Assembly (NCBI GenBank): GCA_963933835.1 | Contig: CAWVVV010000003.1 | Location: 96,001-160,000, forward strand | Length of the DNA: 64,000 bases | DNA from: an uncultured Puniceicoccaceae bacterium | Lineage (GTDB): Bacteria; Verrucomicrobiota; Verrucomicrobiia; Opitutales; Oceanipulchritudinaceae | Reading direction: 5' to 3' | Shown here: positions 32,778 to 41,671 of the stretch, one piece after another | Layout of the letters: each line of letters begins with the position of its first letter | Position numbering within the stretch: the first letter of the stretch is position 1 | Made by a program: the position numbers and the translations under genes | The notes under the pieces: generated by a model | Database searches by the model: none | What the model was told of the DNA's origin: nothing | What the model saw: only the letters and a program-made list of their open reading frames with translations

Positions 32778-33880
32778 TGTGGGTATTGAATGAAGCCACG
32801 TGTCAAAAGATCAGCGCCAAAGGTCTCGCGCCGCAAGGAAGTGAGGTGGAGTGCATTTGACATCTCCGAGACCTGAAGTGTTTCACAACCCTTCCTTCCC
32901 TGCCCATCCGCTAGAATCTTAGGGGCTTGGTAAGAAAATAAGTAATCGACTGATTTCGCTTCAAAGAAATCACCCCAGAGACCTCGTCCACCTTCGAGGT
33001 AGAGCCCACTCAACCCACGCTCTTTCAAAAGCTCAATAGTCGCATCCGGAGAATTGATTGCTCGAATTCCGACACCTTTCCCAGACCAGACCTTCGAGGC
33101 AGCCTCAATGAATTTCTCAGAGGTAAGATAAAACGTGTTCGTCGCCCATTTATCTGTAAACACCTGCCGCTCCGGCGTCTTCAAACAGAGACCCCTCCGA
33201 TCAAAAATAAAACGTGCCGGACACCATGGATCCAAACCATCCACACGGGACGTCAATTGCGGATCATCCGCAATCACCGTGCCCGCACCAACACCAATCG
33301 CGGGAAAGGCACGTCGCCATTGGGCAACATTCTGGCGGGCCTCTTCACCCGTAATCCACTTCGAATGCCCCGTCCGGGTCGCCGTAAATCCATCCAGAGT
33401 CATCGCCATTTTGGCCGCAACCAACGGGCGCTCATTCTGTATCCAGAAGTTAAAGACAAGGTTCAGGTCAGCAGCCTCGTTCTCCAGCACTCCCACTTGA
33501 ACGTCGATACCCGCTTCACGCAGTATTTCAAAGCCTCTACCCCCATGGGCTGGATTTGGATCCGTGGCCGCAATCACGACGCGCCGGATCCCACTGGAAA
33601 GAATCGCTTCCGTGCAAGGCGGTGTGCGGCCGTGCGTGCAGCAAGGCTCAAGCGTAACATAGAGAGTCGTGCCCTCATCGAGAGGAGCCCCGACTGCCCG
33701 CCAAGCCTCTAACACCATCACTTCTGCGTGGGCCAATCCAGGGCGCTGGGTGTGTCCGCTCGCAACCAAGCGACCATCATGAACGACAATCGCACCCACG
33801 GCAGGGTTCGGGTGACAGGCACCAAACGCCTTGCGCGCCGCTTCCAGCGCAACCTGCATCCACTGCTCGGCTTCACTCAT
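32774..33880 (-). CDS. ribD: Riboflavin biosynthesis deaminase/reductase
   Basis: PNPAVG, HAE, TLEPCC..GRTPPC, LEGG. Confidence 0.95.
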   Translation of the reverse strand: MSEAEQWMQVALEAARKAFGACHPNPAVGAIVVHDGRLVASGHTQRPGLAHAEVMVLEAWRAVGAPLDEGTTLYVTLEPCCTHGRTPPCTEAILSSGIRRVVIAATDPNPAHGGRGFEILREAGIDVQVGVLENEAADLNLVFNFWIQNERPLVAAKMAMTLDGFTATRTGHSKWITGEEARQNVAQWRRAFPAIGVGAGTVIADDPQLTSRVDGLDPWCPARFIFDRRGLCLKTPERQVFTDKWATNTFYLTSEKFIEAASKVWSGKGVGIRAINSPDATIELLKERGLSGLYLEGGRGLWGDFFEAKSVDYLFSYQAPKILADGQGRKGCETLQVSEMSNALHLTSLRRETFGADLLTRGFIQYPQ

Positions 33881-34536
33881 TTCGCTGGGCGGACATGAGG
33901 ATTTGAGGCCATTTCTCTTTCAACCGTCGTTGCTGGACCATGACCGGGACAGAGGACGGTTGATTCTGGAAGCGTGTAGATCTGCTCCTGTATTGACTTT
34001 TCGAGCACACTAAAATCTCCTAAAGGCAAATCCGTTCTACCGATACTGCCGGCGAAAATAGCATCTCCGACAAGAGCAATCCCTTGATCTTTCAACCAAA
34101 AAAGAAGGCTTCCGGGGCAGTGACCAGGCACATGCCTCACCTCAAATGACGTTCCGAGGAGATCGATCGTATCACCCCCATTGATCCAATGAGTAATCTC
34201 CATCGGCTTGAGATCGATCCCTGGCATCGCAAAGGATGCCATCTTTGCAGGGTCTTCAAAAAAGTGCTGATCTTCGCTATTCCCATAAATGGGTATTTCA
34301 TCAGCCATAAAACGCCAGCCATCAAGAAGGTGGTCCCAGTGTCCATGGGTCATGAGCAGAGCAACCAGTCGCACCCCTTTTTTCGCCAAAACCTTCGTCA
34401 CCTCATCATAAGCATCCAGCGGAGCGTCGACCAAGACAGCTTCAGATGTCTCAGGGTTCTGAATCAGGTAAGCGTTTGTCCCAATCGGCGGGAGTTCTAA
34501 TGCTTCAAAAGTTAACACGACAGCGAGGTTGAGCAT
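33877..34536 (-). CDS. MBL-fold metallo-hydrolase (glyoxalase II-like)
   Basis: THGHWDH, PGHCPGS, GD, GRTD, PGHG. Confidence 0.9.
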   Translation of the reverse strand: MLNLAVVLTFEALELPPIGTNAYLIQNPETSEAVLVDAPLDAYDEVTKVLAKKGVRLVALLMTHGHWDHLLDGWRFMADEIPIYGNSEDQHFFEDPAKMASFAMPGIDLKPMEITHWINGGDTIDLLGTSFEVRHVPGHCPGSLLFWLKDQGIALVGDAIFAGSIGRTDLPLGDFSVLEKSIQEQIYTLPESTVLCPGHGPATTVEREMASNPHVRPAK

Positions 34537-34675
34537 GGTTGAGATGAAGACAAATTGAAACCGTCATGCTGTTCATGACCCCAAATCGCACCAAAAATGG
34601 AATAAACACGACGGATCAGGGTCACACTAGGTGGACGTAAAAAAGAATTCCCATTCTGACCGACATTCTACATTA

Positions 34676-35308
34676 ATGCTGCCAATGCGGTATCGTCACT
34701 TCCTCATACCCCTTCTAGCCGCGCTAACCGTCAGTCTATGCTACGGAGAGGTTTATCCCTTCGATCCAGCCCAGTCTACGGTTGAGGTTCTCGTCCCCAA
34801 GGCCGGGCTTTTGAGTTTCGTAGGGCATGAGCACTCCATTCGCACGGATTCTGTTTCCGGCAGATTAAACCTGAACGCTGATCAACCGGCACAAAACAGG
34901 GTCTCGTTCTCGATTCCGGTGACTTCACTCACCGTTCTGGATCCAAGCCTAGGCGCAGATGATCGCGCCACCGTAACCGAGCACATGCACGCAATTGACG
35001 TTCTTAACGCGGAATCATTTGGAACCATCTCCTTTACCTCTTCATCAGTAAAAGCATCGACCGATACGCGAATTAGCGTGCGAGGCACCCTCATTGTCGC
35101 CGGCCAAAAAGCCGAGATTAAGTTCGATGCAGACATCTACGAATTGCCCAATGGCGGCGTATCCGTGAAGGGCGAGACTACCTTGGAACTGGCGGACTTT
35201 GGTATTAAACCTGTTTCTGCCCTCGCTGGCGCCGTAAAGACAGGAAAGTCGGTGCAGATTAAATTTTTGGTCGCCACTCTCGCACCACAACAATCAAGAA
35301 CTCCCTAA
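34676..35308 (+). CDS. YceI family lipid/polyisoprenoid-binding protein
   Basis: Signal peptide; DPAQSTV..GHEH..SG..L.AESF.TISF.S..GTL..DFGI.P. Confidence 0.8.
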   Translation: MLPMRYRHFLIPLLAALTVSLCYGEVYPFDPAQSTVEVLVPKAGLLSFVGHEHSIRTDSVSGRLNLNADQPAQNRVSFSIPVTSLTVLDPSLGADDRATVTEHMHAIDVLNAESFGTISFTSSSVKASTDTRISVRGTLIVAGQKAEIKFDADIYELPNGGVSVKGETTLELADFGIKPVSALAGAVKTGKSVQIKFLVATLAPQQSRTP

Positions 35309-35317
35309 TTCCCTGAA

Positions 35318-36226
35318 ATGTTGATACGACATCTCTTCATCCGCTCCCTCTCTCTGTTCCTCGTAGTTGGTTGCCATTACGCATACGCTCAAAACACTCC
35401 GGATGAAGTTCTCGAGTTCGATCGTCCCGAAGCATGGGCAATGCGCTACTTTGCAGGTGCTGCCCTGATGCAAGGGAACGCTGCCCCCATCGGACTAGAA
35501 AAAGGTCAATTATCACTCGGCACCGAAATCAGCAATCTGCCCTACATCTCGAAAGAAAATCGCGCCGTCGGTTTCTATGGAACCAAAGACGAAAACCTTA
35601 ACAAGTCACCTATCATTCTGCGTCCGATGGTGCACTATGGCATCCTCAAAGACTTATCCGTCACCGCGACCTACGTGCCCCCCATTGAGGTCTTCGATCG
35701 TTTGCGCACTCATATGGCGGGCGTATCCATTAATTACATCGCCTATCAAAATGAGAATTTCATCGTCCGGCTCCGAGCCTACGGACAGTGGACACAAGCT
35801 AAAGGCGACTTCACCGCAAGTGAAGATATTGCTGGGAGCACCGATCCCAACATTAACCCATTCGGCCTCGCGGAACCATCTAACGACACCTTCACCAGCT
35901 GGACATATACTTTTGAAGCGAGTTTCTTTTTGCGACTACCGATCAAGAACCCTACATATTGGTCCCTCAGTTTGGCCCGCAGCTATGCTGACCTAGATTT
36001 TGAAATCGATGCCGTCTACTTCGGCGGCTTCCACGAAAATCGCCATCAAGTAACCGATGGCTACATTACATCTGTCAGCACAGGTTTTGAAACCCAACTG
36101 ACTAAAAACCTGTCGACCTCCTTGATCATGGCATACGTCCCGCTCGACGTGCGACGCTCACAAGGTGCCGAACAACAAAACGACGCACTCTTAAATTTCC
36201 GATTAGCTTTCAACCTAAAGCTCTAG
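35318..36226 (+). CDS. Exported protein, probable outer-membrane beta-barrel
   Basis: Signal peptide (AYA/Q); alternating aromatic beta-strands; C-terminal NFRLAFNLKL. Confidence 0.55.
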   Translation: MLIRHLFIRSLSLFLVVGCHYAYAQNTPDEVLEFDRPEAWAMRYFAGAALMQGNAAPIGLEKGQLSLGTEISNLPYISKENRAVGFYGTKDENLNKSPIILRPMVHYGILKDLSVTATYVPPIEVFDRLRTHMAGVSINYIAYQNENFIVRLRAYGQWTQAKGDFTASEDIAGSTDPNINPFGLAEPSNDTFTSWTYTFEASFFLRLPIKNPTYWSLSLARSYADLDFEIDAVYFGGFHENRHQVTDGYITSVSTGFETQLTKNLSTSLIMAYVPLDVRRSQGAEQQNDALLNFRLAFNLKL

Positions 36227-36266
36227 TTGCCATAAGCTTTCCCTTCATCCTGCTACAACTCCTGAC

Positions 36267-37046
36267 ATGAAAACAGCTCGAAATCAAAACCTACGCCACC
36301 CCTGCGCTTCCGTCTTACTACAAGGCACTTGCGCCGCGCTCCTCGCAGCCGCCCTTCTGCCTCTAAATCTTGATGCGTTTTCTGGAACTCCGCCAACAGG
36401 CCGAACAGGGGCGCCTGGTAGCGCAGGCACCTGTGCAACATGCCACACCAGTGTTGGCTCAGGCACACTAGACCTTGATTTCTCAAACACTACCCTCACG
36501 TATGAGCCCGGTGAAACATACATGATTGATGCCAATATTGATGACGCTGGTCAGAAGCGCTTTGGCTTTTCCATGGTTGCTAGAACAGATAGCAACCCAA
36601 CCATCTCTACCGGGACGTGGACAGCAGGAAACGATTCTCAAGTCTATAACGGCGGCGACCACGTCGGACATCAAGACGCCCCTTTCGCAGATGATATCTA
36701 CACCTTTGGGCTTAGCTGGACCGCACCCTTGTCAGATGTAGGACCCATTACCTTTTTTGTAGCAGCAAACGCCGCCAACGGCAATGGTGCGAATCAAGCC
36801 GGAGACAATGTTTACCTTGAGTCGCTCACGATCAATCCAGCAACAGTCTCAGCGACGTGGGGTGGATATGATATTGTCGATGACGTTTGGATCGACACCG
36901 GTTCTTGGTTAGGTTGGCTGGCCCTCTTTGATACGAACGGTGGTGCCACTTGGGCCTACTCGCTGAACCTCGACAATATCTTTTACATCTCAAAAGAACT
37001 GGCGCCAAGCGACCCTGGAGTGTGGATATATACAACGCGTGAATAG
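36267..37046 (+). CDS. Secreted Reeler-like (choice-of-anchor V-type) protein with CxxCH
   Basis: TGAPG..TCATCH, YEPGETY, RFGFSM, WTAP, ANAANGNG; Trp-rich C-terminal domain. Confidence 0.7.
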   Translation: MKTARNQNLRHPCASVLLQGTCAALLAAALLPLNLDAFSGTPPTGRTGAPGSAGTCATCHTSVGSGTLDLDFSNTTLTYEPGETYMIDANIDDAGQKRFGFSMVARTDSNPTISTGTWTAGNDSQVYNGGDHVGHQDAPFADDIYTFGLSWTAPLSDVGPITFFVAANAANGNGANQAGDNVYLESLTINPATVSATWGGYDIVDDVWIDTGSWLGWLALFDTNGGATWAYSLNLDNIFYISKELAPSDPGVWIYTTRE

Positions 37047-37074
37047 AACGTAATCACCCCGTCTTTTCTAGCAA

Positions 37075-37102
37075 AGGGTCGTGCGTTCATTCGCACGGCC
37101 CT
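37075..37102. terminator. Hairpin between convergent genes, likely bidirectional terminator
   Basis: AGGGTCGTGCG-TTCATT-CGCACGGCCCT flanked by short A/T runs. Confidence 0.65.
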
Positions 37103-37104
37103 CT

Positions 37105-38205
37105 TTACTTTGAAAGCGTACAGGAATGGGCAGTGAATCCAGCCCCAAAGCTCGTCAGCCACAACTGCGAAGGATTGACCGCGGCACGGGCGGGCGCCTT
37201 CCCCCAGTCACTGGGAAGGCTTACCGGTACATCCTTGTCGTGGTTTTTTAGATACGCACCCAGGGCAAACAAAACCGACGGACTGCTCATATTCCCGCCG
37301 TTTTCTAAAGCCCAAGCACTCTCCACGAAATCTTTTTGAGGAAGTTCCTCGGCAAGTGCCGCCAAAATCTGTCGACCACCCGCATGTGGTAGAATCTCAT
37401 AGGCGCTACCATTCTCTTCTTCGTGGCGGGACCAGAGCTTGGAGACCGCTTTGCCCGCAACCTCGGGAACACTACGAGCCAGTCGATTCTTTAGCTTTCC
37501 GCCATCGTTAACAAAGCGAAGGGCTTCTCGTTCTTCCGGCACGTGGATTGTGTCAAAATCACTGAATTGCCAGCTGTCTTCACTCGAGCTGACATCGTCC
37601 CCAGCTAAAATGACCGCTGCAGCACCATCACCGAAAAGACAGGCGCTGATGATCACATCACCTTGATCCTCTAAATAGAAAGCGGCGCTACATATTTCGA
37701 CGGCTACTACCGCAACTCGCGCTTTTGGGTTCATCGCACAGAAAGCAGCCGCAGAGCGAAGCGTCGGTATGGCCGCTCCGCAGCCCATACCAACCAAGTC
37801 TTGCAGATAAGCATCTCTCCGCAGTCCAAGCTGCTCGCTGACATGACTGCTCAGCCCTGGGCATAGATACCCTGTGCACGTGCAGACGAAAAGGGCATCA
37901 ACGCTGTCCACATCAAGGCCACTCTCTTCCAACGCCTTTGCGACAGCCTCGCTCGCAAGTTCAGGTGCAGCTTTTTCAAAGGCATGATTCAGTCCCTCCG
38001 CATCGAGCTTGAGTAATGCATCGATGTCATCGAGCGCGAAGTGTCGATAGTTCACGCCATTCTCGCGCAAAAGAAGTTTCTTCATCATCTGATTTGAGCC
38101 ATCACGCAGCGTTTTACTCAACGGCTGTCGCGCATAGATAGGCCACAAGTCTGACTGTTTGTATCGAGTTACTGGGACAACACAGGCGAGAGAAATGAGA
38201 TTCAT
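37105..38205 (-). CDS. Type III polyketide synthase
   Basis: GMGC catalytic Cys, EICS, LFGDGAAA, HAGG, GNMSSPS. Confidence 0.92.
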   Translation of the reverse strand: MNLISLACVVPVTRYKQSDLWPIYARQPLSKTLRDGSNQMMKKLLLRENGVNYRHFALDDIDALLKLDAEGLNHAFEKAAPELASEAVAKALEESGLDVDSVDALFVCTCTGYLCPGLSSHVSEQLGLRRDAYLQDLVGMGCGAAIPTLRSAAAFCAMNPKARVAVVAVEICSAAFYLEDQGDVIISACLFGDGAAAVILAGDDVSSSEDSWQFSDFDTIHVPEEREALRFVNDGGKLKNRLARSVPEVAGKAVSKLWSRHEEENGSAYEILPHAGGRQILAALAEELPQKDFVESAWALENGGNMSSPSVLFALGAYLKNHDKDVPVSLPSDWGKAPARAAVNPSQLWLTSFGAGFTAHSCTLSK

Positions 38206-38220
38206 AGAATAGAAATTCGA

Positions 38221-39261
38221 CTAGTGGGTAAGGTTGTAGAGAAGTTTCCAGGGAAAAACCGGTAAACGGCTCCCAGCGGCGCTTGCTCGCTGAAGAAAAG
38301 GATGCAGAAGAAAAGGATGCAGAAGACCTGCCCAGCGTAGCTTTCGCGAGCGCGCCGTCGCCTGCAAAGATTCGATCTCCGCACGCGCTTCGCACCAACT
38401 CAACGCGTTCCGACTATAGCCTATCAAGGGCTCAAGCGCAATCGCTGCAGACTCAAACGCCATCGCCATCCCATGTCCAGTAAAGGGGGGGATCATTCCA
38501 GCACCGTCACCCAGTACAAGCGCCTGTCCTGAGTGACGCGACCGGCTCATTGCAATACCTGCCGTCGCAGTCCGTGAGGCATCGATCACATCCGCACTCA
38601 TCAATCGTCGCCTCAAATGAGACAAGCCCACTGCCTCGAGGGCGCTTTCGATCGTCCTTCGATCTGCCGGTGCACAGGCAGATGCATTCAAGAGCATACA
38701 TACATTAGTTCGGCCATCTTCCACTTTGCTCATCCCGGCATAGGCGCGATGACCTAAGTGAAGCTCAAGGTCGGCAATCATCTCAAAACCACGGCAATGG
38801 ACTTTCAGGCCGAGCCACCCAGTTTCATTTCCTTTTGCAAGCGTTCCACGAGAAACTCCTGCCGTATCGATCCAGCCTTCTTCGGCTTCCCATTGAGTAA
38901 ATCTTTGGACGCCAACGCCTTCAATGAGCTCAACCCCTTCGCTCTTCGCTGCGTCTGACAATCGCTGATCCAGCAGCCAGCGTGATATACCCACGCCGGG
39001 CTGCGGAAGCTCCCGAGTGAAGAGACGCTTATCGCGAAAATACCACGCCGAGCTTCGATGCTCTAGGGCTCCCTCAAAGATTGGATTCAAATTGAGCTTC
39101 TCTCTCGTTGCAGTAGCCAATCCTGTGATAAATTCTCCGCACACCTTATGGCGCGGGTAGTGACTTTTCTCATACACTGTCACAGGAATATCCCTATGAG
39201 CAAGAGCCCACCCCAAGCTCAACCCCGCCAAGCCACCTCCGACGATCCTAATTGGGTTCAA
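38221..39261 (-). CDS. FAD-dependent oxidoreductase
   Basis: GGGLAG, PRHKVCGEF, GDGAGMIPPFTGHGM. Confidence 0.88.
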   Translation of the reverse strand: MNPIRIVGGGLAGLSLGWALAHRDIPVTVYEKSHYPRHKVCGEFITGLATATREKLNLNPIFEGALEHRSSAWYFRDKRLFTRELPQPGVGISRWLLDQRLSDAAKSEGVELIEGVGVQRFTQWEAEEGWIDTAGVSRGTLAKGNETGWLGLKVHCRGFEMIADLELHLGHRAYAGMSKVEDGRTNVCMLLNASACAPADRRTIESALEAVGLSHLRRRLMSADVIDASRTATAGIAMSRSRHSGQALVLGDGAGMIPPFTGHGMAMAFESAAIALEPLIGYSRNALSWCEARAEIESLQATARSRKLRWAGLLHPFLLHPFLQRASAAGSRLPVFPWKLLYNLTH

Positions 39262-39911
39262 GACTGGACCCTCTCAGCCACCATCCGGTAGCTCCCTCGC
39301 AGCGTCGTTGTGATTTCCCAGCGCCACGTCGTCGACGACAATCCAAGCAACACCGGCAATTCATTCCCTCGAAAGCCAGCTCGCACACTCACTTCAGCAT
39401 CATGTTTCGTCACCGCGTGCATCGCGAATAGAAACTCCGTCAGTCGTGATAGAATAATCGCTGTCTGGCTTCGTGCCGTCTCATTAAAAACCACTAAGCG
39501 AGCACGAGCGTTCAGTAATTCACCGAGTTTGAAAAGTTGTTCATCCTCGAACTGGTGGAGGATAAAGTTCCCTATAACAACATCTCCAATATCATCTAAT
39601 TGAAGATCTAAAAGATTTGCCTGCTGCCAGCGCCCATCCGACGGCCACTCATCTGGACGCCGGCATAGATCGACCCCTTTCAGGACCACACCCTTGCCAG
39701 CCCTCGCCAGAGAAGCACCAAAAGCTCCGTCGCCGGCAGCCCACTCAGAGACGCTGTCACTACGGATCAGGCGCCGATTGAGAACTTTTCGCAACCAGCG
39801 GTAGTTTCCCATCAAGAAATTGATCTTCCGCAAATCCCGTCGATTTGCCACCGCCCCCGGATCATCTTCTGGAAGAGAGTCCAGTTTTTCAGGCAGAACA
39901 ACGCGACGCAT
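39258..39911 (-). CDS. SAM-dependent methyltransferase-like protein
   Basis: E.LD..DLRKIN, AAGDG, NFILHQF, HDAEVSVRAGF; coupled to the PKS operon. Confidence 0.78.
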   Translation of the reverse strand: MRRVVLPEKLDSLPEDDPGAVANRRDLRKINFLMGNYRWLRKVLNRRLIRSDSVSEWAAGDGAFGASLARAGKGVVLKGVDLCRRPDEWPSDGRWQQANLLDLQLDDIGDVVIGNFILHQFEDEQLFKLGELLNARARLVVFNETARSQTAIILSRLTEFLFAMHAVTKHDAEVSVRAGFRGNELPVLLGLSSTTWRWEITTTLRGSYRMVAERVQS

Positions 39912-40031
39912 AGAGGGTATCTACTCAAACAAGCTGGAACCGCAAACTTCGATGTATAACTGGGGCTAATCAACCCGTTGGCAGAAAAGAAAATTGCCAA
40001 GACCCTTAGCCGAGCCTGTTTTCGAGCGCTT

Positions 40032-41138
40032 ATGCAGGATAATACCTTGAAATTTGCCGTTCTCCCCGGCGACTACATCGGCCCCGAAGTCATGACCGCA
40101 GCACTCGATGTGCTCGAAGCTGCCCTCAAAGGCACTGACTATAAGACCGAATACAGCGAGTTCCACGTCGGTGGAGCCGCGATAGACACCACGGGCAAAG
40201 CCCTTCCAGAAGAAACCGTCGCGGGTTGTGAAGCCGCCGACGCTATTCTCTTTGGCTCTGTTGGTGGACCAAAGTGGGAAAGTCTTCCACCCGCCGAGCA
40301 ACCTGAGCGCGCATCGCTCCTACCCATCCGGAAGAAATTCTCCCTTTTTGCTAACATCCGCCCCGGCCTCCTCTACCAAGAGTTGACTGATGCCTCACCG
40401 CTCAAGACCAACCGCATCCCTGATGGCATCGACATCGTCTGCATTCGCGAGCTCACCGGTGGCATCTATTTCGGGCAGCCAAAAACCCGCCGTACGCTCG
40501 AAAACGGTGAAGAAGAAGCTATCGACACGATGGTCTACAAGACCTCTGAGATTGAGCGCATCGCTGAAGTCGCTGCCCAAACCGCCCTCGGTCGCGGTAA
40601 AACGGTCTGCTCCGTCGACAAAGCCAACGTCCTCACCACTTCCGTCCTCTGGCGCGAAACTGTGACTAAGTTCTTCGCCGAGAAATACCCAGAGATCACA
40701 CTCAGCCACATGTATGTCGATAACGCTGCCATGCAGCTCGCCCGCGATCCGAATCAGTTCGATGTCCTCTTTACCGAAAACATGTTCGGCGACATCCTCT
40801 CCGATGAGATGGGCATCGTCTGTGGCAGCCTCGGGATGCTCTGCTCCGCCAGCCTAGGTCTCGACAACAATCGCCATGACTTCAAATATGGTCTCTACGA
40901 GCCAGCCGGAGGCACTGCCCCCGACATCGCCGGCCAAGGCGTTGCAAACCCTTGTGCCCAGATCCTCAGCGCCGCGATGATGCTTCGCTACAGCTTCGGA
41001 CTCGAAGACATCGCCACTAAAATTGAAATCGCCGTTCGCTCCACTGTCGAAAGTGGAACCCGCACAGGCGACATCGCCTTTGGCGGCACAACCGTCGGAA
41101 CGGCGGAAATGACTAAAGCCATCATCAGCCGCCTTTAA
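40032..41138 (+). CDS. leuB: 3-isopropylmalate dehydrogenase
   Basis: PGDYIGPEV, GSVGGPKW, RELTGGIYFG, DKANVL, NMFGDILSD. Confidence 0.96.
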   Translation: MQDNTLKFAVLPGDYIGPEVMTAALDVLEAALKGTDYKTEYSEFHVGGAAIDTTGKALPEETVAGCEAADAILFGSVGGPKWESLPPAEQPERASLLPIRKKFSLFANIRPGLLYQELTDASPLKTNRIPDGIDIVCIRELTGGIYFGQPKTRRTLENGEEEAIDTMVYKTSEIERIAEVAAQTALGRGKTVCSVDKANVLTTSVLWRETVTKFFAEKYPEITLSHMYVDNAAMQLARDPNQFDVLFTENMFGDILSDEMGIVCGSLGMLCSASLGLDNNRHDFKYGLYEPAGGTAPDIAGQGVANPCAQILSAAMMLRYSFGLEDIATKIEIAVRSTVESGTRTGDIAFGGTTVGTAEMTKAIISRL

Positions 41139-41172
41139 GGAAAAGCATTCACCACGGAGACACGGATATTTC

Positions 41173-41203
41173 ACCACGAATGGACGCGAATAACCGCGAA
41201 TTT
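41173..41203 (+). repeat. Left arm of inverted repeat flanking the GxxExxY gene
   Basis: ACCACGAATGGACGCGAATAACCGCGAATTT; 27/31 identical to reverse complement of 41615-41645. Confidence 0.85.
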
Positions 41204-41578
41204 TCAGGAATCCTCGGGAAAGAGGTTTATGAGATTATCGGGTGTGCCTTTGAGGTGCACAACACTCTCGGTCATGGCCTTAAAGAAAAGCTCTACGAAA
41301 ACGCGTTATGTGTTGATTTTGGATTTGGGGACATCCTTTTCGAACAGCAAAAGATATTCAAAGTTCATTACAAAGGTGAACACATCGGCGAATTTGTTCC
41401 TGACCTAATTGTCCACGACACCATCATCATAGACGCCAAAACAATCGAGCGCATCACCGACATTGAACGTGGCCAAGTTCTCAACTACCTTCGTATCTCA
41501 GGCCTGCAAATCGGCCTCCTCATCAACTTCAAAGGCCCTCGCTTAGAATGGGAACATATCATCCTCACTACCACCTAA
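41180..41578 (+). CDS. GxxExxY protein (PD-(D/E)XK nuclease-like)
   Basis: IIGCAFEVHNTLGHGLKEKLYENAL..PDLIV..DAK..QVLNYL..GLLINF. Confidence 0.9.
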   Translation: MDANNREFSGILGKEVYEIIGCAFEVHNTLGHGLKEKLYENALCVDFGFGDILFEQQKIFKVHYKGEHIGEFVPDLIVHDTIIIDAKTIERITDIERGQVLNYLRISGLQIGLLINFKGPRLEWEHIILTTT

Positions 41579-41614
41579 ACTATTCGCACCTATTCCCCAA
41601 TTAACAAGCCACTC

Positions 41615-41645
41615 AAATTCGTGTCTATTCGCGTCCATTCGCGGT
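41615..41645 (-). repeat. Right arm of inverted repeat flanking the GxxExxY gene
   Basis: AAATTCGTGTCTATTCGCGTCCATTCGCGGT. Confidence 0.85.
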
Positions 41646-41671
41646 AAGAAATACTTTTCCCGACCTCCATC

